Below, one piece after another: positions 1 to 8,492 of a stretch of 40,174 nucleotides of DNA. Numbering within the stretch: the stretch's first letter is position 1; each line of letters begins with the position of its first letter. The position numbers and the translations under genes are program-made. The stretch is taken from positions 1-40,174 of the forward strand of contig DATDVC010000044.1 of the NCBI GenBank assembly GCA_036517695.1, written 5' to 3'. The notes below the pieces were generated by a model that saw nothing but the letters and a program-made list of their open reading frames with translations, made no database searches and was not told where the DNA came from. This DNA comes from Minisyncoccota bacterium. Its GTDB lineage: Bacteria; Patescibacteriota; Minisyncoccia; Phycocordibacterales; WO2-35-19.

Positions 1-266
1 AAAATGTTTTCTATATTCACAAACTCTTTCGACCAGTAGACGAACTTGATAAACTTTATGAGGCAAATAAGGGGAAATACAAAGTATTGAAAGAAATGCT
101 GATCGAAGATATGAAAAATTTCATACGGCCAATGAGAGAAAGGAGGGAAGAGGTTGCAAAAGATGAGTCTCTTATCAAAAAAGTTTTAGAAGAGGGAAAG
201 GAAAAGGCCCGCGCGGTCGCGGGCCCGAAACTTGCCGAAGCCAAAAGAGCTATCGGCGTCATTTAG
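1..266 (+). CDS. trpS: tryptophanyl-tRNA synthetase, C-terminal fragment (5' end lies outside the window)
   Basis: The frame is open from the window edge to TAG at 264-266. The tail ...LKEMLIEDMKNFIRPMRERREEVAKDESLIKKVLEEGKEKARAVAGPKLAEAKRAIGVI fits the TrpRS C-terminal helix pattern as I remember it (P-x-RER...D..L..vLeeG.ekAr.vA). It is absent from the ORF track because there is no long Met-initiated ORF. Confidence 0.6.
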   Translation, partial: NVFYIHKLFRPVDELDKLYEANKGKYKVLKEMLIEDMKNFIRPMRERREEVAKDESLIKKVLEEGKEKARAVAGPKLAEAKRAIGVI

Positions 267-594
267 GGTATTCGCTTTCTTTTTCCTTTGAGAAAAAAAG
301 AGAATGCAACGAGACCAAAGGAAAGAATGACGCAGACCACAGCGAAACAAATGCCAATGGTTTGCATATCAAAAATTTTAAGGAAGCTAACGTCCACAAT
401 ACCTCCTTACGAACCCGCTCTTCACTACATCCCAACACATACAGGATGAAGATGGAATCCAAAAACCCGAAGAGAGCCCACCAGTCATGGCTCTCCAAAA
501 AATTCATAAAGAACACAACTGCCCAAAAACCAGCCACCAGAGCCAGGAAGAACATTCCTCGCCTCCTCCATTTGACACAATAACGTAAAGCCAT
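259..594 (-). CDS. hypothetical small membrane protein (frame uncertain)
   Basis: 111-aa ORF with two N-terminal hydrophobic helices (FFLALVAGFWAVVFFMNFL, WWALFGFLDSIFILYVLG). No recognisable family. A nested alternative 44-aa ORF (263..397, GTG start behind AAGGAGGT) competes for the 3' half. Confidence 0.35.
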   Translation of the reverse strand: MALRYCVKWRRRGMFFLALVAGFWAVVFFMNFLESHDWWALFGFLDSIFILYVLGCSEERVRKEVLWTLASLKFLICKPLAFVSLWSASFFPLVSLHSLFFSKEKESEYPK

Positions 595-608
595 TAAAAT
601 GTCAATTC

Positions 609-2396
609 ATGCAAAATACATCTGACACAAAAGTGGGCGTCAAAGACGTCCTAAAACATTTTTGGATCGCTCTCAAACCGCAAAGGTTGGCTTTTTATTT
701 CACCATATTTTCCTTTTCAATCTCCAGCATTGTATCCATAATTGTTCCGTTTATTTATAAGCAGTTTTTTGATCTTTTGACATCAGCAGAAGAGAAAACT
801 TCGATAAAACCAGAACTCCTAAAAATGATCTTGCTTGTATTTATAATACATGCGATCGTGTGGGTTTTATTTAGAAGCGCAATGGTTGCCTTAAACAAGT
901 TGGAATCTAGAACAATGGCAAGAATACGCCAAATATCTTTTGACTACATGATCGGGCATTCATATGCGTTTTTTTCTAACAACTTTACAGGATCATTGGT
1001 GCAACGAGTAGGAAGATTTGCTAGATCTTTTGAGCGCTTATATGATATGTTGGTTTTTCAAGTCATTCCATTAAGCATCTACGCCATTGGTTCAATAACG
1101 ATTGTTTATCTTCAAGAACCTTTCATAGCATACATCATGATGATTTGGATATTTGTAATATTTATATTTAATTTCTTTTTTCAGAGATGGAAGTTGCAAT
1201 TTGACGTTTTAGCCACAAAAGCGGATTCAGCTACAAGCGCGGCTCTTTCAGATTCGATATCAAACCAAAACACAATAATGTCTTTTGCTGGATTCGGTAA
1301 AGAATCTAGAACGTTCAAAGATATAACAATCGATCAGTCCGATAAACAAATCAGAGCCTGGGACTTGTCAGTTATAAAAGATGCTTTTCAGCAAGGCCTA
1401 ATGATTGTGGTTGAATTTGCCATCTTCTATTACGCTATAAATTTTTGGGAAAGAAATTTGTTAAGCATAGGAACATTTGTATTAATTCAAGTGTACATAA
1501 TAGGTCTTGCAAATCGTTTATGGGATTTTGGAAGAATTATCAGAAACGTATACGAAAGCTTTGCAGACTCAAAAGAGATGGTAGAAATTTTGGAGACTCC
1601 TTATGAAGTAAAAGATCTGCCGATGGCAAAAGAGCTGGTCGTGTCGGAGGGAAAAATAGAGTTCAAAGAAATTTCTTTTGCTTTCAACGAAACCAGAAAC
1701 GTTTTAAGCGATGTAAGTTTGTCCATAAAACCCGGAGAAAAAATAGCTCTCATCGGACCTTCTGGAGCAGGGAAGTCGACAATGGTGAGACTACTTATGC
1801 GGATGTATGATCTCTCTTCCGGAAAAGTCGAGATAGACGGACAAAATATAAAAGAAGTTTTCCAGGATAGTTTGCGAAAAAACATCAGTCTTGTACCACA
1901 AGATCCGATCCTCTTTCACCGCACCTTGATGGAAAATATTCGTTATGGAAGAGAAGAAGCTACTGACGAAGAAGTTGTTGAAGCGGCAAGATTGGCTCAT
2001 TGTGATGAATTTATAGATGTTTTGCCACTTAAATACGAGACTTACGTTGGAGAACGAGGAATAAAACTTTCTGGGGGTGAGAGACAGAGAGTGGCGATTG
2101 CCAGAGCCATTTTAAAAAATGCTCCAATCTTGGTTTTGGACGAAGCAACTTCAAGTCTCGACTCACACTCCGAAAACTTAATACAAGATGCTCTAGATAA
2201 GCTTATGAAAGGAAAGACCGTGATTGTAATAGCCCACAGACTCTCTACCATAAGAAAAATGAATAGAGTGGTGGTCATAGACCAAGGAAAAATCACAGAA
2301 GAGGGTAGTCATGAGGAGCTATTGAGCAGAGAGAACAGTTTGTACAAAAAACTTTGGGAGCTCCAAGCCGGCGGATTTTTGCCAGAACAAACTTAA
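609..2396 (+). CDS. ABC transporter permease/ATP-binding fusion protein (MsbA/multidrug-exporter type)
   Basis: 595 aa with an N-terminal 6-TM exporter domain. Walker A GPSGAGKST, signature LSGGERQRVAIARA, Walker B ILVLDEATSSLD, H-loop IAHRLST. Confidence 0.92.
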   Translation: MQNTSDTKVGVKDVLKHFWIALKPQRLAFYFTIFSFSISSIVSIIVPFIYKQFFDLLTSAEEKTSIKPELLKMILLVFIIHAIVWVLFRSAMVALNKLESRTMARIRQISFDYMIGHSYAFFSNNFTGSLVQRVGRFARSFERLYDMLVFQVIPLSIYAIGSITIVYLQEPFIAYIMMIWIFVIFIFNFFFQRWKLQFDVLATKADSATSAALSDSISNQNTIMSFAGFGKESRTFKDITIDQSDKQIRAWDLSVIKDAFQQGLMIVVEFAIFYYAINFWERNLLSIGTFVLIQVYIIGLANRLWDFGRIIRNVYESFADSKEMVEILETPYEVKDLPMAKELVVSEGKIEFKEISFAFNETRNVLSDVSLSIKPGEKIALIGPSGAGKSTMVRLLMRMYDLSSGKVEIDGQNIKEVFQDSLRKNISLVPQDPILFHRTLMENIRYGREEATDEEVVEAARLAHCDEFIDVLPLKYETYVGERGIKLSGGERQRVAIARAILKNAPILVLDEATSSLDSHSENLIQDALDKLMKGKTVIVIAHRLSTIRKMNRVVVIDQGKITEEGSHEELLSRENSLYKKLWELQAGGFLPEQT

Positions 2397-2406
2397 TATA
2401 AAGATT

Positions 2407-2428
2407 TGGCCTCCAACATTGGAGGCCA
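2407..2428. terminator. hairpin between convergent genes
   Basis: Perfect 9-bp stem tggcctcca/tggaggcca with a 4-nt loop (acat). It lies between the ABC exporter stop and the stop of the minus-strand small ORF. Confidence 0.5.
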
Positions 2429-2437
2429 GAGGAGAGA

Positions 2438-2644
2438 CTAATGGGAGTTCTTCAACATTATTCGACGACCATGCCCAAAAGACAATCTGGATCCTGGGAG
2501 TGCAGGTATCGGTATTTTGTTGTAGGAATTATATACTTCTTCTCCCGTACCTGTCCCAATATTGTTTTTGAGTGTGCAGGCATGGCAAAGTGTGCTTTTG
2601 TTGTAAGCGGATTTTAGTCGCCCACATTGTACACATTGCGCCAC
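2438..2644 (-). CDS. small CxxC-x12-CxxC zinc-ribbon protein (hypothetical)
   Basis: GTG start at 2644, preceded by AAGGAGGT with 3 nt (aac) between the motif and the GTG, and an upstream TATACT box (rc of 2667-2672). 68 aa: VAQCVQCGRLKSAYNKSTLCHACTLKNN.... The track ORF (to 2728) runs into the aspS start and is probably too long. Confidence 0.5.
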   Translation of the reverse strand: MAQCVQCGRLKSAYNKSTLCHACTLKNNIGTGTGEEVYNSYNKIPIPALPGSRLSFGHGRRIMLKNSH

Positions 2645-2680
2645 GTTACCTCCTTGTCTATGAAAAAGTATACACCAGAA

Positions 2681-2708
2681 TTGTAAAAATATGAAATCTT
2701 GGTATGAT
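2681..2708 (+). promoter_or_regulatory. putative aspS promoter giving a near-leaderless mRNA
   Basis: TTGTAA (2681-2686), a 16-nt spacer, then TGgTATGAT as an extended -10 (2700-2708). The ATG at 2718 is only 9 nt after the -10 box and there is no SD. Confidence 0.35.
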
Positions 2709-2717
2709 GAGTAACAT

Positions 2718-4142
2718 ATGCAACGCACCTATATAAAAGACTTAAAAGAAAACGTTGGTGGGGAAGTGTCAATATCCGGCTGGGTGGCCGTGGCCCGCGA
2801 TCAGGGCAAAATGGTGTTTTTTGATTTTAGAGATATGACCGGGGTAGTACAGGGTGTTGTTTTGAGCAATAAAGGAGAGCTCGTGGAAAAAGCTAAAAAA
2901 ATCAAGAACGAGTCGGTAGTGAAAGTTTTGGGCAAGGTAAACAAAAGGCCAGATAAAATGGTGAACGACAAAGCGCAAAACGGCGACATTGAACTCGAAA
3001 TTACAGATATGGAAATCTTGAACGAAGCAGAGACCCTACCTTTCGACATTACCACAGACACTTCAGGGATTGATGAAAATACTCGACTAAAATATCGTTA
3101 TCTCGATCTTAGAAGCGAGCGAATGCAAAAAAATATCAGACTTCGAAGTGAGTTTATAAAAAGAGTAAGAGAACACCTTTTTAAAAAATTTTTTACCGAA
3201 ATAGAAACTCCGCTTCTCACCGAATCAACCCCGGAAGGTTCTCGCGATTTTGTAGTGCCAAGCCGCCTCAATCCAGGCAAGTTTTACGCCCTCCCACAAT
3301 CTCCCCAGCAATACAAACAACTCTTGATGACTGCTGGCTTTGAGCGTTATTTTCAAATTGCTCGAGCGGTGAGAGACGAAGACCTAAGAGCTGATCGCGG
3401 CTTCGAACACACTCAAGTAGATATTGAGATGTCTTTCGTTCAGATGGAAGATGTGATGAACACGGTTGAAACCATGATCACTGAAGTAGTAGAGTCTTTG
3501 GGTTATCAAATCAAGCAAAAACCTTTCCCCAGAATTTCTTATAAAGAGGCGATAGAAAAATATGGCGCTGACAAATTTGACATGCGAACGGAAGAAGAAA
3601 AGAAAGATGGCAAGACGCTCGCGTATGCCTGGGTGGTAAACTTCCCATTTTTCGAAAAAACAGATAAAGAAAAAGGAAGTGGTATGGAAAAAGGGAATTG
3701 GACATTTACCCACAACCCATTCTCAATGCCGATACCGGAGCACCTAGAATGGCTCATGGAAGGCAAAAATATTGAACAAATTCTCACCACCCAATACGAC
3801 CTGGTCTGCAATGGTTATGAATCTGGAGGCGGATCAATAAGGGCCCACAAACCCGAAATCCTAAAAGCTACTTATAAAATCATGGGTTATTCGGAAGAAG
3901 AGATCGAAAACGGTGTCGGCCATATGCTTGAAGCGTTTAAATACGGCACACCTCCGCACGGAGGCATTGCTCTCGGGGTCGAGCGAAACATCATGAACCT
4001 AACCGGCGAATCCTACCTTCGTGAAGTTCAATCCTTCCCAATGACTCGCGGTGGCCAAACTTCTGTAATGAAGGCTCCCAAAGAACTCTCCGAAAAACAA
4101 CTCCGCGAACTCGGCATTGAAATCAAAAAGAAAGAGAAATAA
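2718..4142 (+). CDS. aspS: aspartyl-tRNA synthetase, bacterial type without the GAD insertion domain
   Basis: 474 aa with an N-terminal OB fold. Class II motif 2 region FYALPQSPQQYKQLLMTAGFERYFQIARAVRDEDLRADRGFEHTQVDIEMSF. Motif 3 GGIALGVERNIMNLTG. Confidence 0.93.
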   Translation: MQRTYIKDLKENVGGEVSISGWVAVARDQGKMVFFDFRDMTGVVQGVVLSNKGELVEKAKKIKNESVVKVLGKVNKRPDKMVNDKAQNGDIELEITDMEILNEAETLPFDITTDTSGIDENTRLKYRYLDLRSERMQKNIRLRSEFIKRVREHLFKKFFTEIETPLLTESTPEGSRDFVVPSRLNPGKFYALPQSPQQYKQLLMTAGFERYFQIARAVRDEDLRADRGFEHTQVDIEMSFVQMEDVMNTVETMITEVVESLGYQIKQKPFPRISYKEAIEKYGADKFDMRTEEEKKDGKTLAYAWVVNFPFFEKTDKEKGSGMEKGNWTFTHNPFSMPIPEHLEWLMEGKNIEQILTTQYDLVCNGYESGGGSIRAHKPEILKATYKIMGYSEEEIENGVGHMLEAFKYGTPPHGGIALGVERNIMNLTGESYLREVQSFPMTRGGQTSVMKAPKELSEKQLRELGIEIKKKEK

Positions 4143-4145
4143 TTT

Positions 4146-4204
4146 CTCCCCTCCCATTAGACAAGGGGAGGGGCGACTTCGCTTTAGCGAAGTGGGGTGA
4201 GGTC
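4146..4204 (+). repeat. GC-rich double-hairpin element (probable aspS terminator; sibling of the element inside gltX)
   Basis: cccctccc(4148-4155)/gggagggg(4166-4173) hairpin, then acttcgct/agcgaagt hairpin, then ggggtgaggt. The same layout and the same 3' ggggtgaggt occur at 11961-12032. Confidence 0.6.
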
Positions 4205-4231
4205 TGAACAAAAAGATGATAAGATAGAATC

Positions 4232-4969
4232 GTGGAAACGGATTTTAAGGTGAAAATAGGGGAGTTTGAAGGGCCACTTGAGCTTTTGCTGGATTTGATA
4301 GAAAAAAGAAAGCTTCATATCAGCGAAGTCTCGCTCTCTCAAGTGGCAGATGAATTTATCGAACACATAAGAGCATTCGAGGAGTTCCCAATGGCAGACA
4401 GCGCCGATTTTATTTTGATCGCCTCTACTCTTTTGCTCATAAAATCAAAATCTCTCTTACCAACACTTGATCTGTCGGAAGAAGAAAAAGGGAGTATTGA
4501 AGATTTGGAAGAACGGCTAGCCGCTTACAAAAGATACAAGGATCTTGCCAAAAATCTCGAAAAAATGTTCGGCAATTTCCTTTATTTCTCCCAAGAAAGC
4601 AAAGTTTTAAATGCGGTGTTTTCTCCAACAGAAGAAGTAAATCTGGAAAACTTGAAAAGTTCTTTGCTTTCAGTCATCGAAAAAGCCCCCAAAACAGAAA
4701 TTTTGCCAAAAATAAAAGTAGGCAAGATCATAAGTCTCGAAGAAATGATCGAGAAACTCAAAGAAAGAGTGACTAAAAGCATCAAAATGAGCTTCAGCAG
4801 TTTTTCAAAAGGTGCTTCCGCGGAGGAAAAAATGGAGAAAGTAAATGTTATAGTAAGCTTTCTTGCCATGCTTGAGCTTGTCAAAAGAGGTTCGCTCCGA
4901 GCGGTGCAAGAAAAACATTTTGAAGAGATAGAGCTGGAGAGCGAAGCGGTCGGGGTGCCACAATATTGA
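4232..4969 (+). CDS. scpA: segregation and condensation protein A
   Basis: GTG start, 245 aa. The N-terminus FEGPLELLLDLIEKRKLHISEVSLSQVADEF is the typical ScpA signature. It sits directly upstream of scpB. Confidence 0.88.
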   Translation: METDFKVKIGEFEGPLELLLDLIEKRKLHISEVSLSQVADEFIEHIRAFEEFPMADSADFILIASTLLLIKSKSLLPTLDLSEEEKGSIEDLEERLAAYKRYKDLAKNLEKMFGNFLYFSQESKVLNAVFSPTEEVNLENLKSSLLSVIEKAPKTEILPKIKVGKIISLEEMIEKLKERVTKSIKMSFSSFSKGASAEEKMEKVNVIVSFLAMLELVKRGSLRAVQEKHFEEIELESEAVGVPQY

Positions 4970-4970
4970 T

Positions 4971-5513
4971 ATGAACATCGAACAAAAAATAGAAGCTGTG
5001 CTTTTTTTTAAGAACGAACCAGTCGAGATCAAGAAACTCGCAAAGATTTTAAACATTGATGAAAATCGAGCGAGGGAAGGCCTGGAAAATTTGCGACAAA
5101 ATTTAAAAGACAGAGGAGTATGCTTGATAGAGTCAGGAGGAGAAGTGGCCCTAGCCACGGCGCCTGAAGCCAAAGAATTGATCGAGCAGATAGCAAAAGA
5201 CGAAATGAGTAAAGAGATAGGCAAAGCAGGCTTGGAAACATTGGCCATTATACTTTATAATGGCTCTGTATCGCGAAGAGAGGTCGATTATATACGCGGA
5301 GTAAATTCAACCTTTGTCTTAAGAAACCTCTCTATCCGCGGTCTTATAGAAAGAGACCAGTCCGCAGGGGAGCGCGGTTTTAAATACAAACCGACAATAT
5401 CGCTCCTGGCTCATCTGGGACTAACAAACCAGTCTCAATTGCCCGACTTTGAGGAGATGACGAAAAAAATTGGTAAAATTTTTGAAGAAAATAAAAATGC
5501 AAACGACCAATAA
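4971..5513 (+). CDS. scpB: segregation and condensation protein B
   Basis: 180 aa with two winged-helix halves (IEAVLFF...PV.I..LA; LETLAIILYNGSVSRREVDYIRGV). Follows scpA after a 1-nt gap. Confidence 0.85.
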   Translation: MNIEQKIEAVLFFKNEPVEIKKLAKILNIDENRAREGLENLRQNLKDRGVCLIESGGEVALATAPEAKELIEQIAKDEMSKEIGKAGLETLAIILYNGSVSRREVDYIRGVNSTFVLRNLSIRGLIERDQSAGERGFKYKPTISLLAHLGLTNQSQLPDFEEMTKKIGKIFEENKNANDQ

Positions 5514-6447
5514 CTGGAAAGAAATATTTAATAAAGAAAACAGAACGAAATATTTCGTTCACGCTATTTCGTTCCTCTGCATAGCTTCAATTATTGTCTT
5601 TGTTTTCCTTCTGATCGGCGACAATTCGCCGAAGAAAGGGGAGGGGGCCACGGCAGAAAAACAGATCGATTATTTTGCAGACATTGAACTTGAAGCAAAA
5701 GGAGCAATGGTCTGGGATGTGGTAAACCACAGAGAAATATTTTCCCAAAACGCTGACACTCCGATGCCTCTCGCATCTCTCACAAAAGTCATGACAGCTC
5801 TGGTCGCCTCCGAAAATATTTCCGACTCGAGCGATATAGAAATATCTGCTGAATACCTTGCGCCAGAAGGAGATTCGAGACTTATCGCCGGAGACAGATG
5901 GAGAACCTCTGACTTGAGAGATTTTACTTTGCTTACCTCTTCAAATGATGGAGCTTTTGCGCTGGCCGCTATTGCGGAATCAAAAACGGCCGGTGAAAGA
6001 GAAGATTTTATTCGGTCCATGAATAGCAAGGCCAACGCAATCGGCCTCCTAAACAGCAGATTTTTCAATGAACACGGGCTTGATATAGACGAGAGCGAAA
6101 GTGGCGCTTATGGATCAGCCAGAGACATGGCCTTTCTGTTTGAATACGCGATGAAACACAGTCCTGAAGTTTTAGAAGCCACAAGGTATGAAAATATGAT
6201 TTTCGCAAGCGCCCAAAACATTTATCCGGCCCAAAATACAAATTACTTTGTAGACCAAGTGCCAAATATTATCGCCTCAAAAACAGGGTTCACGGATCTT
6301 GCTGGAGGCAATTTGGTTATAGCGTATGACGCCGGCTTAAACCGACCAATCATAATTTCGGTCCTCGGATCAAGCGAGGAGGGCAGGTTTAAAGATGCGC
6401 TGAAATTATTGGAAGCAAGTATGGAAGAGATCCAAAATTCAAAATAA
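5497..6447 (+). CDS. D-alanyl-D-alanine carboxypeptidase (S11 / PBP5-like)
   Basis: SxxK (ASLTKVMT), SxN (SSND) and KTG (KTGFT) motifs behind an N-terminal membrane anchor. I chose the ATG at 5497 over the track start at 5470, which would overlap scpB by 44 nt. Confidence 0.85.
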   Translation: MQTTNNWKEIFNKENRTKYFVHAISFLCIASIIVFVFLLIGDNSPKKGEGATAEKQIDYFADIELEAKGAMVWDVVNHREIFSQNADTPMPLASLTKVMTALVASENISDSSDIEISAEYLAPEGDSRLIAGDRWRTSDLRDFTLLTSSNDGAFALAAIAESKTAGEREDFIRSMNSKANAIGLLNSRFFNEHGLDIDESESGAYGSARDMAFLFEYAMKHSPEVLEATRYENMIFASAQNIYPAQNTNYFVDQVPNIIASKTGFTDLAGGNLVIAYDAGLNRPIIISVLGSSEEGRFKDALKLLEASMEEIQNSK

Positions 6448-6452
6448 AATAG

Positions 6453-7511
6453 ATGATTATCGATATTGTAAAAGTTTTTCTTCCGGCAGTCCTCGCGTTT
6501 AGCGTGGGCATTGGCATAACCCCGATAATCGCCGATTACTTGTATAAAAATCAAGTATGGAAGAAGAAGGCGGGGAAAGTTGCCTTGGACGGCAGTGAAG
6601 CTACGATCCGAAACCAACTTCACAAAGACAAAGATATTGGGACACCCATGATGGGAGGTGTCGTAATTTGGATAAGCTCAAGCTTTGTAATTGTGGGTAT
6701 TTGGATACTTTCAAAAATCTTTTCCGGAGACGCAGTCGCAAAGCTTGATTTTCTTTCAAGAAACCAGACTTGGGTTCCTCTTGCAACACTCCTTCTCGGA
6801 GCCCTGGTCGGACTCATAGACGATTACCTTGAAGTCACAAGTTCGAATGGAGGAATTTCGGTGAAAAAACGCCTATTCATTGTCGCAGTGATTTCTCTTG
6901 CCTGCGCCGTTTGGTTTTATGAAAAACTGGATGTTGTTTCAATCGGCCTGCCTTTGGGAGGAGAGCTTTATCTGGGGCCAATTTTCATTGGACTTTTTAT
7001 TTTGACAGCGCTTTTCATTTACGCAGGCGGAGTGATAGACGGCATAGACGGCCTTGCTGGAGGGGTGTTTGCGACCATGTTTGCCGCTTACGGAGGAATC
7101 GCGTTTTACCAACAACAAATAGACCTAGCCGCATTTTGCGCGGCATTATCTGGAGGCATATTGGCTTTCCTTTGGTTCAATATTCCTCCGGCAAGATTTT
7201 ATATGACAGAAACCGGCACCATGGGCCTCACGATTACCCTTACGGTAGTTGCTTTTATGACCGACCGCTTGGGAGATGGGTATGGGCTTTTGGTTTTGCC
7301 GGTAGTCGCGCTCCCTCTTGTGATAACAGTTTTCTCTAACCTCATCCAAGTTCTTTCCAAAAAATTTCGGGGCAAAAAAGTCTTCCTAGTTGCGCCACTC
7401 CACCACCACTTCGAAGCTCTTGGCTGGCCGTCCTACAAAATCACCATGCGCTACTGGGTCTTCTCAACCATCTGCGCAATTTTAGGCATTTCTTTAGCTT
7501 TGATCGGGTGA
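6453..7511 (+). CDS. mraY: phospho-N-acetylmuramoyl-pentapeptide transferase
   Basis: 352-aa polytopic protein. DDxxD-like LIDDYLE, GIDGLAGG, and a C-terminal APLHHHFE motif. Confidence 0.93.
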   Translation: MIIDIVKVFLPAVLAFSVGIGITPIIADYLYKNQVWKKKAGKVALDGSEATIRNQLHKDKDIGTPMMGGVVIWISSSFVIVGIWILSKIFSGDAVAKLDFLSRNQTWVPLATLLLGALVGLIDDYLEVTSSNGGISVKKRLFIVAVISLACAVWFYEKLDVVSIGLPLGGELYLGPIFIGLFILTALFIYAGGVIDGIDGLAGGVFATMFAAYGGIAFYQQQIDLAAFCAALSGGILAFLWFNIPPARFYMTETGTMGLTITLTVVAFMTDRLGDGYGLLVLPVVALPLVITVFSNLIQVLSKKFRGKKVFLVAPLHHHFEALGWPSYKITMRYWVFSTICAILGISLALIG

Positions 7512-7515
7512 TTCT

Positions 7516-7558
7516 CGATACGAAAATCATACGAAAGCTACGAAATACTGACGAAATT
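7516..7558 (-). repeat. copy 1 (inverted, with an 11-bp deletion) of a ~40-bp TACGAAA-rich repeat
   Basis: cgaTACGAAAatcaTACGAAAgcTACGAAAtactgACGAAAtt. Its reverse complement aligns with 8043-8083 and 8484-8524. Confidence 0.75.
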
Positions 7559-7560
7559 TT

Positions 7561-7620
7561 AAAACAGAAAATCGCCAACCGTAGCCGACGAGATTCCGTC
7601 GAGACAGTGGCGATTGTTTT
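7561..7620. terminator. bidirectional terminator between mraY and the XRE gene
   Basis: aatcgcca(7570-7577)/tggcgatt(7608-7615) outer stem and cgacg/cgtcg inner stem, flanked by an A-tract 5' and a T-tract 3'. Confidence 0.55.
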
Positions 7621-7942
7621 AACCAATGCGTTGTAGAACATTTTTTGTGTTCCTCTTTGCAAGTTTTGTCTTAAGGGCAGTCAGTTTATCAGAACTGAAA
7701 CTTACCCCAAACTTATCCTTAACAAAGGAGGCAACAAGCCCTGCGTAATCTATTCCGTATGCGGTTGCGAAACTTCTCAACAGTTCTGCGGTTGGATTAG
7801 ATATGGTGCCACTCTCATACTGGGACAGCATTGATTGAGTGCACCCTAGCTTTGAAGCGGCGTCAGACTGCATAGGGGTTTTTGAAGACAAGCGGGCTTC
7901 TTGCAAAATTCTTCCAAATTTAACCAGCTTACGCTTGGACAT
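7619..7942 (-). CDS. XRE-family helix-turn-helix transcriptional regulator
   Basis: 107 aa. HTH_3-like segment FGRILQEARLSSKTPMQSDAASKLGCTQSMLSQYESG. Has its own SD (GAGGAG). Confidence 0.85.
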   Translation of the reverse strand: MSKRKLVKFGRILQEARLSSKTPMQSDAASKLGCTQSMLSQYESGTISNPTAELLRSFATAYGIDYAGLVASFVKDKFGVSFSSDKLTALKTKLAKRNTKNVLQRIG

Positions 7943-7963
7943 GCCTTATTTTCTCCTCTTTTG

Positions 7964-7992
7964 ATTATAGCAAGCTTGAATAAAAAAGTCAA
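7964..7992 (-). promoter_or_regulatory. near-consensus sigma70-type promoter of the XRE gene with an overlapping inverted repeat
   Basis: On the minus strand: TTGACT (rc of 7987-7992), a 17-nt spacer, TATAAT (rc of 7964-7969). The inverted repeat GCTTGA(7974-7979)...TCAAGC(7989-7994) overlaps the spacer and the -35 box. Confidence 0.55.
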
Positions 7993-8042
7993 GCACCAAA
8001 CCAGAATTCTCGTCCTAAACGTGAGGTGGTTTTGACTGATAA

Positions 8043-8083
8043 TTTTTGTAGCTTTTTGTCCTATTTCGCATAATTTTCGTATC
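8043..8083 (+). repeat. copy 2 of the ~40-bp repeat
   Basis: tttttgtagctttttgtcctatttcgcataattttcgtatc, roughly 85% identical to 8484-8524. A TATAAT box follows at 8089-8094. Confidence 0.75.
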
Positions 8084-8096
8084 AAATGTATAATAG

Positions 8097-8492
8097 ATGT
8101 TGATGATGAAACAAGTTATTAGTAAAAAAGTAATCTATCCCGAGCTTTCCTATAAAATCACTGGGATTTTGTTCGAAGTAAAAAAAGAGCTAGGAGATTA
8201 CGCCAGAGAAAAGCAGTATGGAGATTTAATTGCAAAAAAACTCTCGGAAAATAACATTTCATTTCAAAGAGAAGTCGCCATAGGAAATACTGGTAATATT
8301 TTGGATTTTTTGGTCGATAACAAAATCATTTTAGAGCTTAAGGCGTGCCGCATGATACTAAAAGAGCACTACAGACAGATCCAAAACTATCTCCAGCAAA
8401 CCAATACAAAACTCGGAATACTTGCAAACTTTCGAGAAAGATTTATGAAGCCAGCTAGGATTATTCGTATTGATTCCGAAAAGTTTTCGTAG
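8097..8492 (+). CDS. GxxExxY-family protein (PD-(D/E)XK nuclease-like, PDDEXK_3)
   Basis: 131 aa. ...ELGDYAREKQYGDLIAKKL...ISFQREV...ILDFLVDNKIILELKA...HYRQIQNYLQQTNTKLGILANF matches the family layout (G..E..Y, D-x(n)-ELK, Q..nYL, GlL.NF). The true start may be the ATG at 8103 or 8106. Confidence 0.75.
   Translation: MLMMKQVISKKVIYPELSYKITGILFEVKKELGDYAREKQYGDLIAKKLSENNISFQREVAIGNTGNILDFLVDNKIILELKACRMILKEHYRQIQNYLQQTNTKLGILANFRERFMKPARIIRIDSEKFS

Noticed and set aside
362-583. Plus-strand 73-aa ORF with a highly basic product.
   Set aside because: It lies antisense to the hydrophobic minus-strand ORF, has no start-site signals, and its composition is typical of the reverse frame of a membrane protein.
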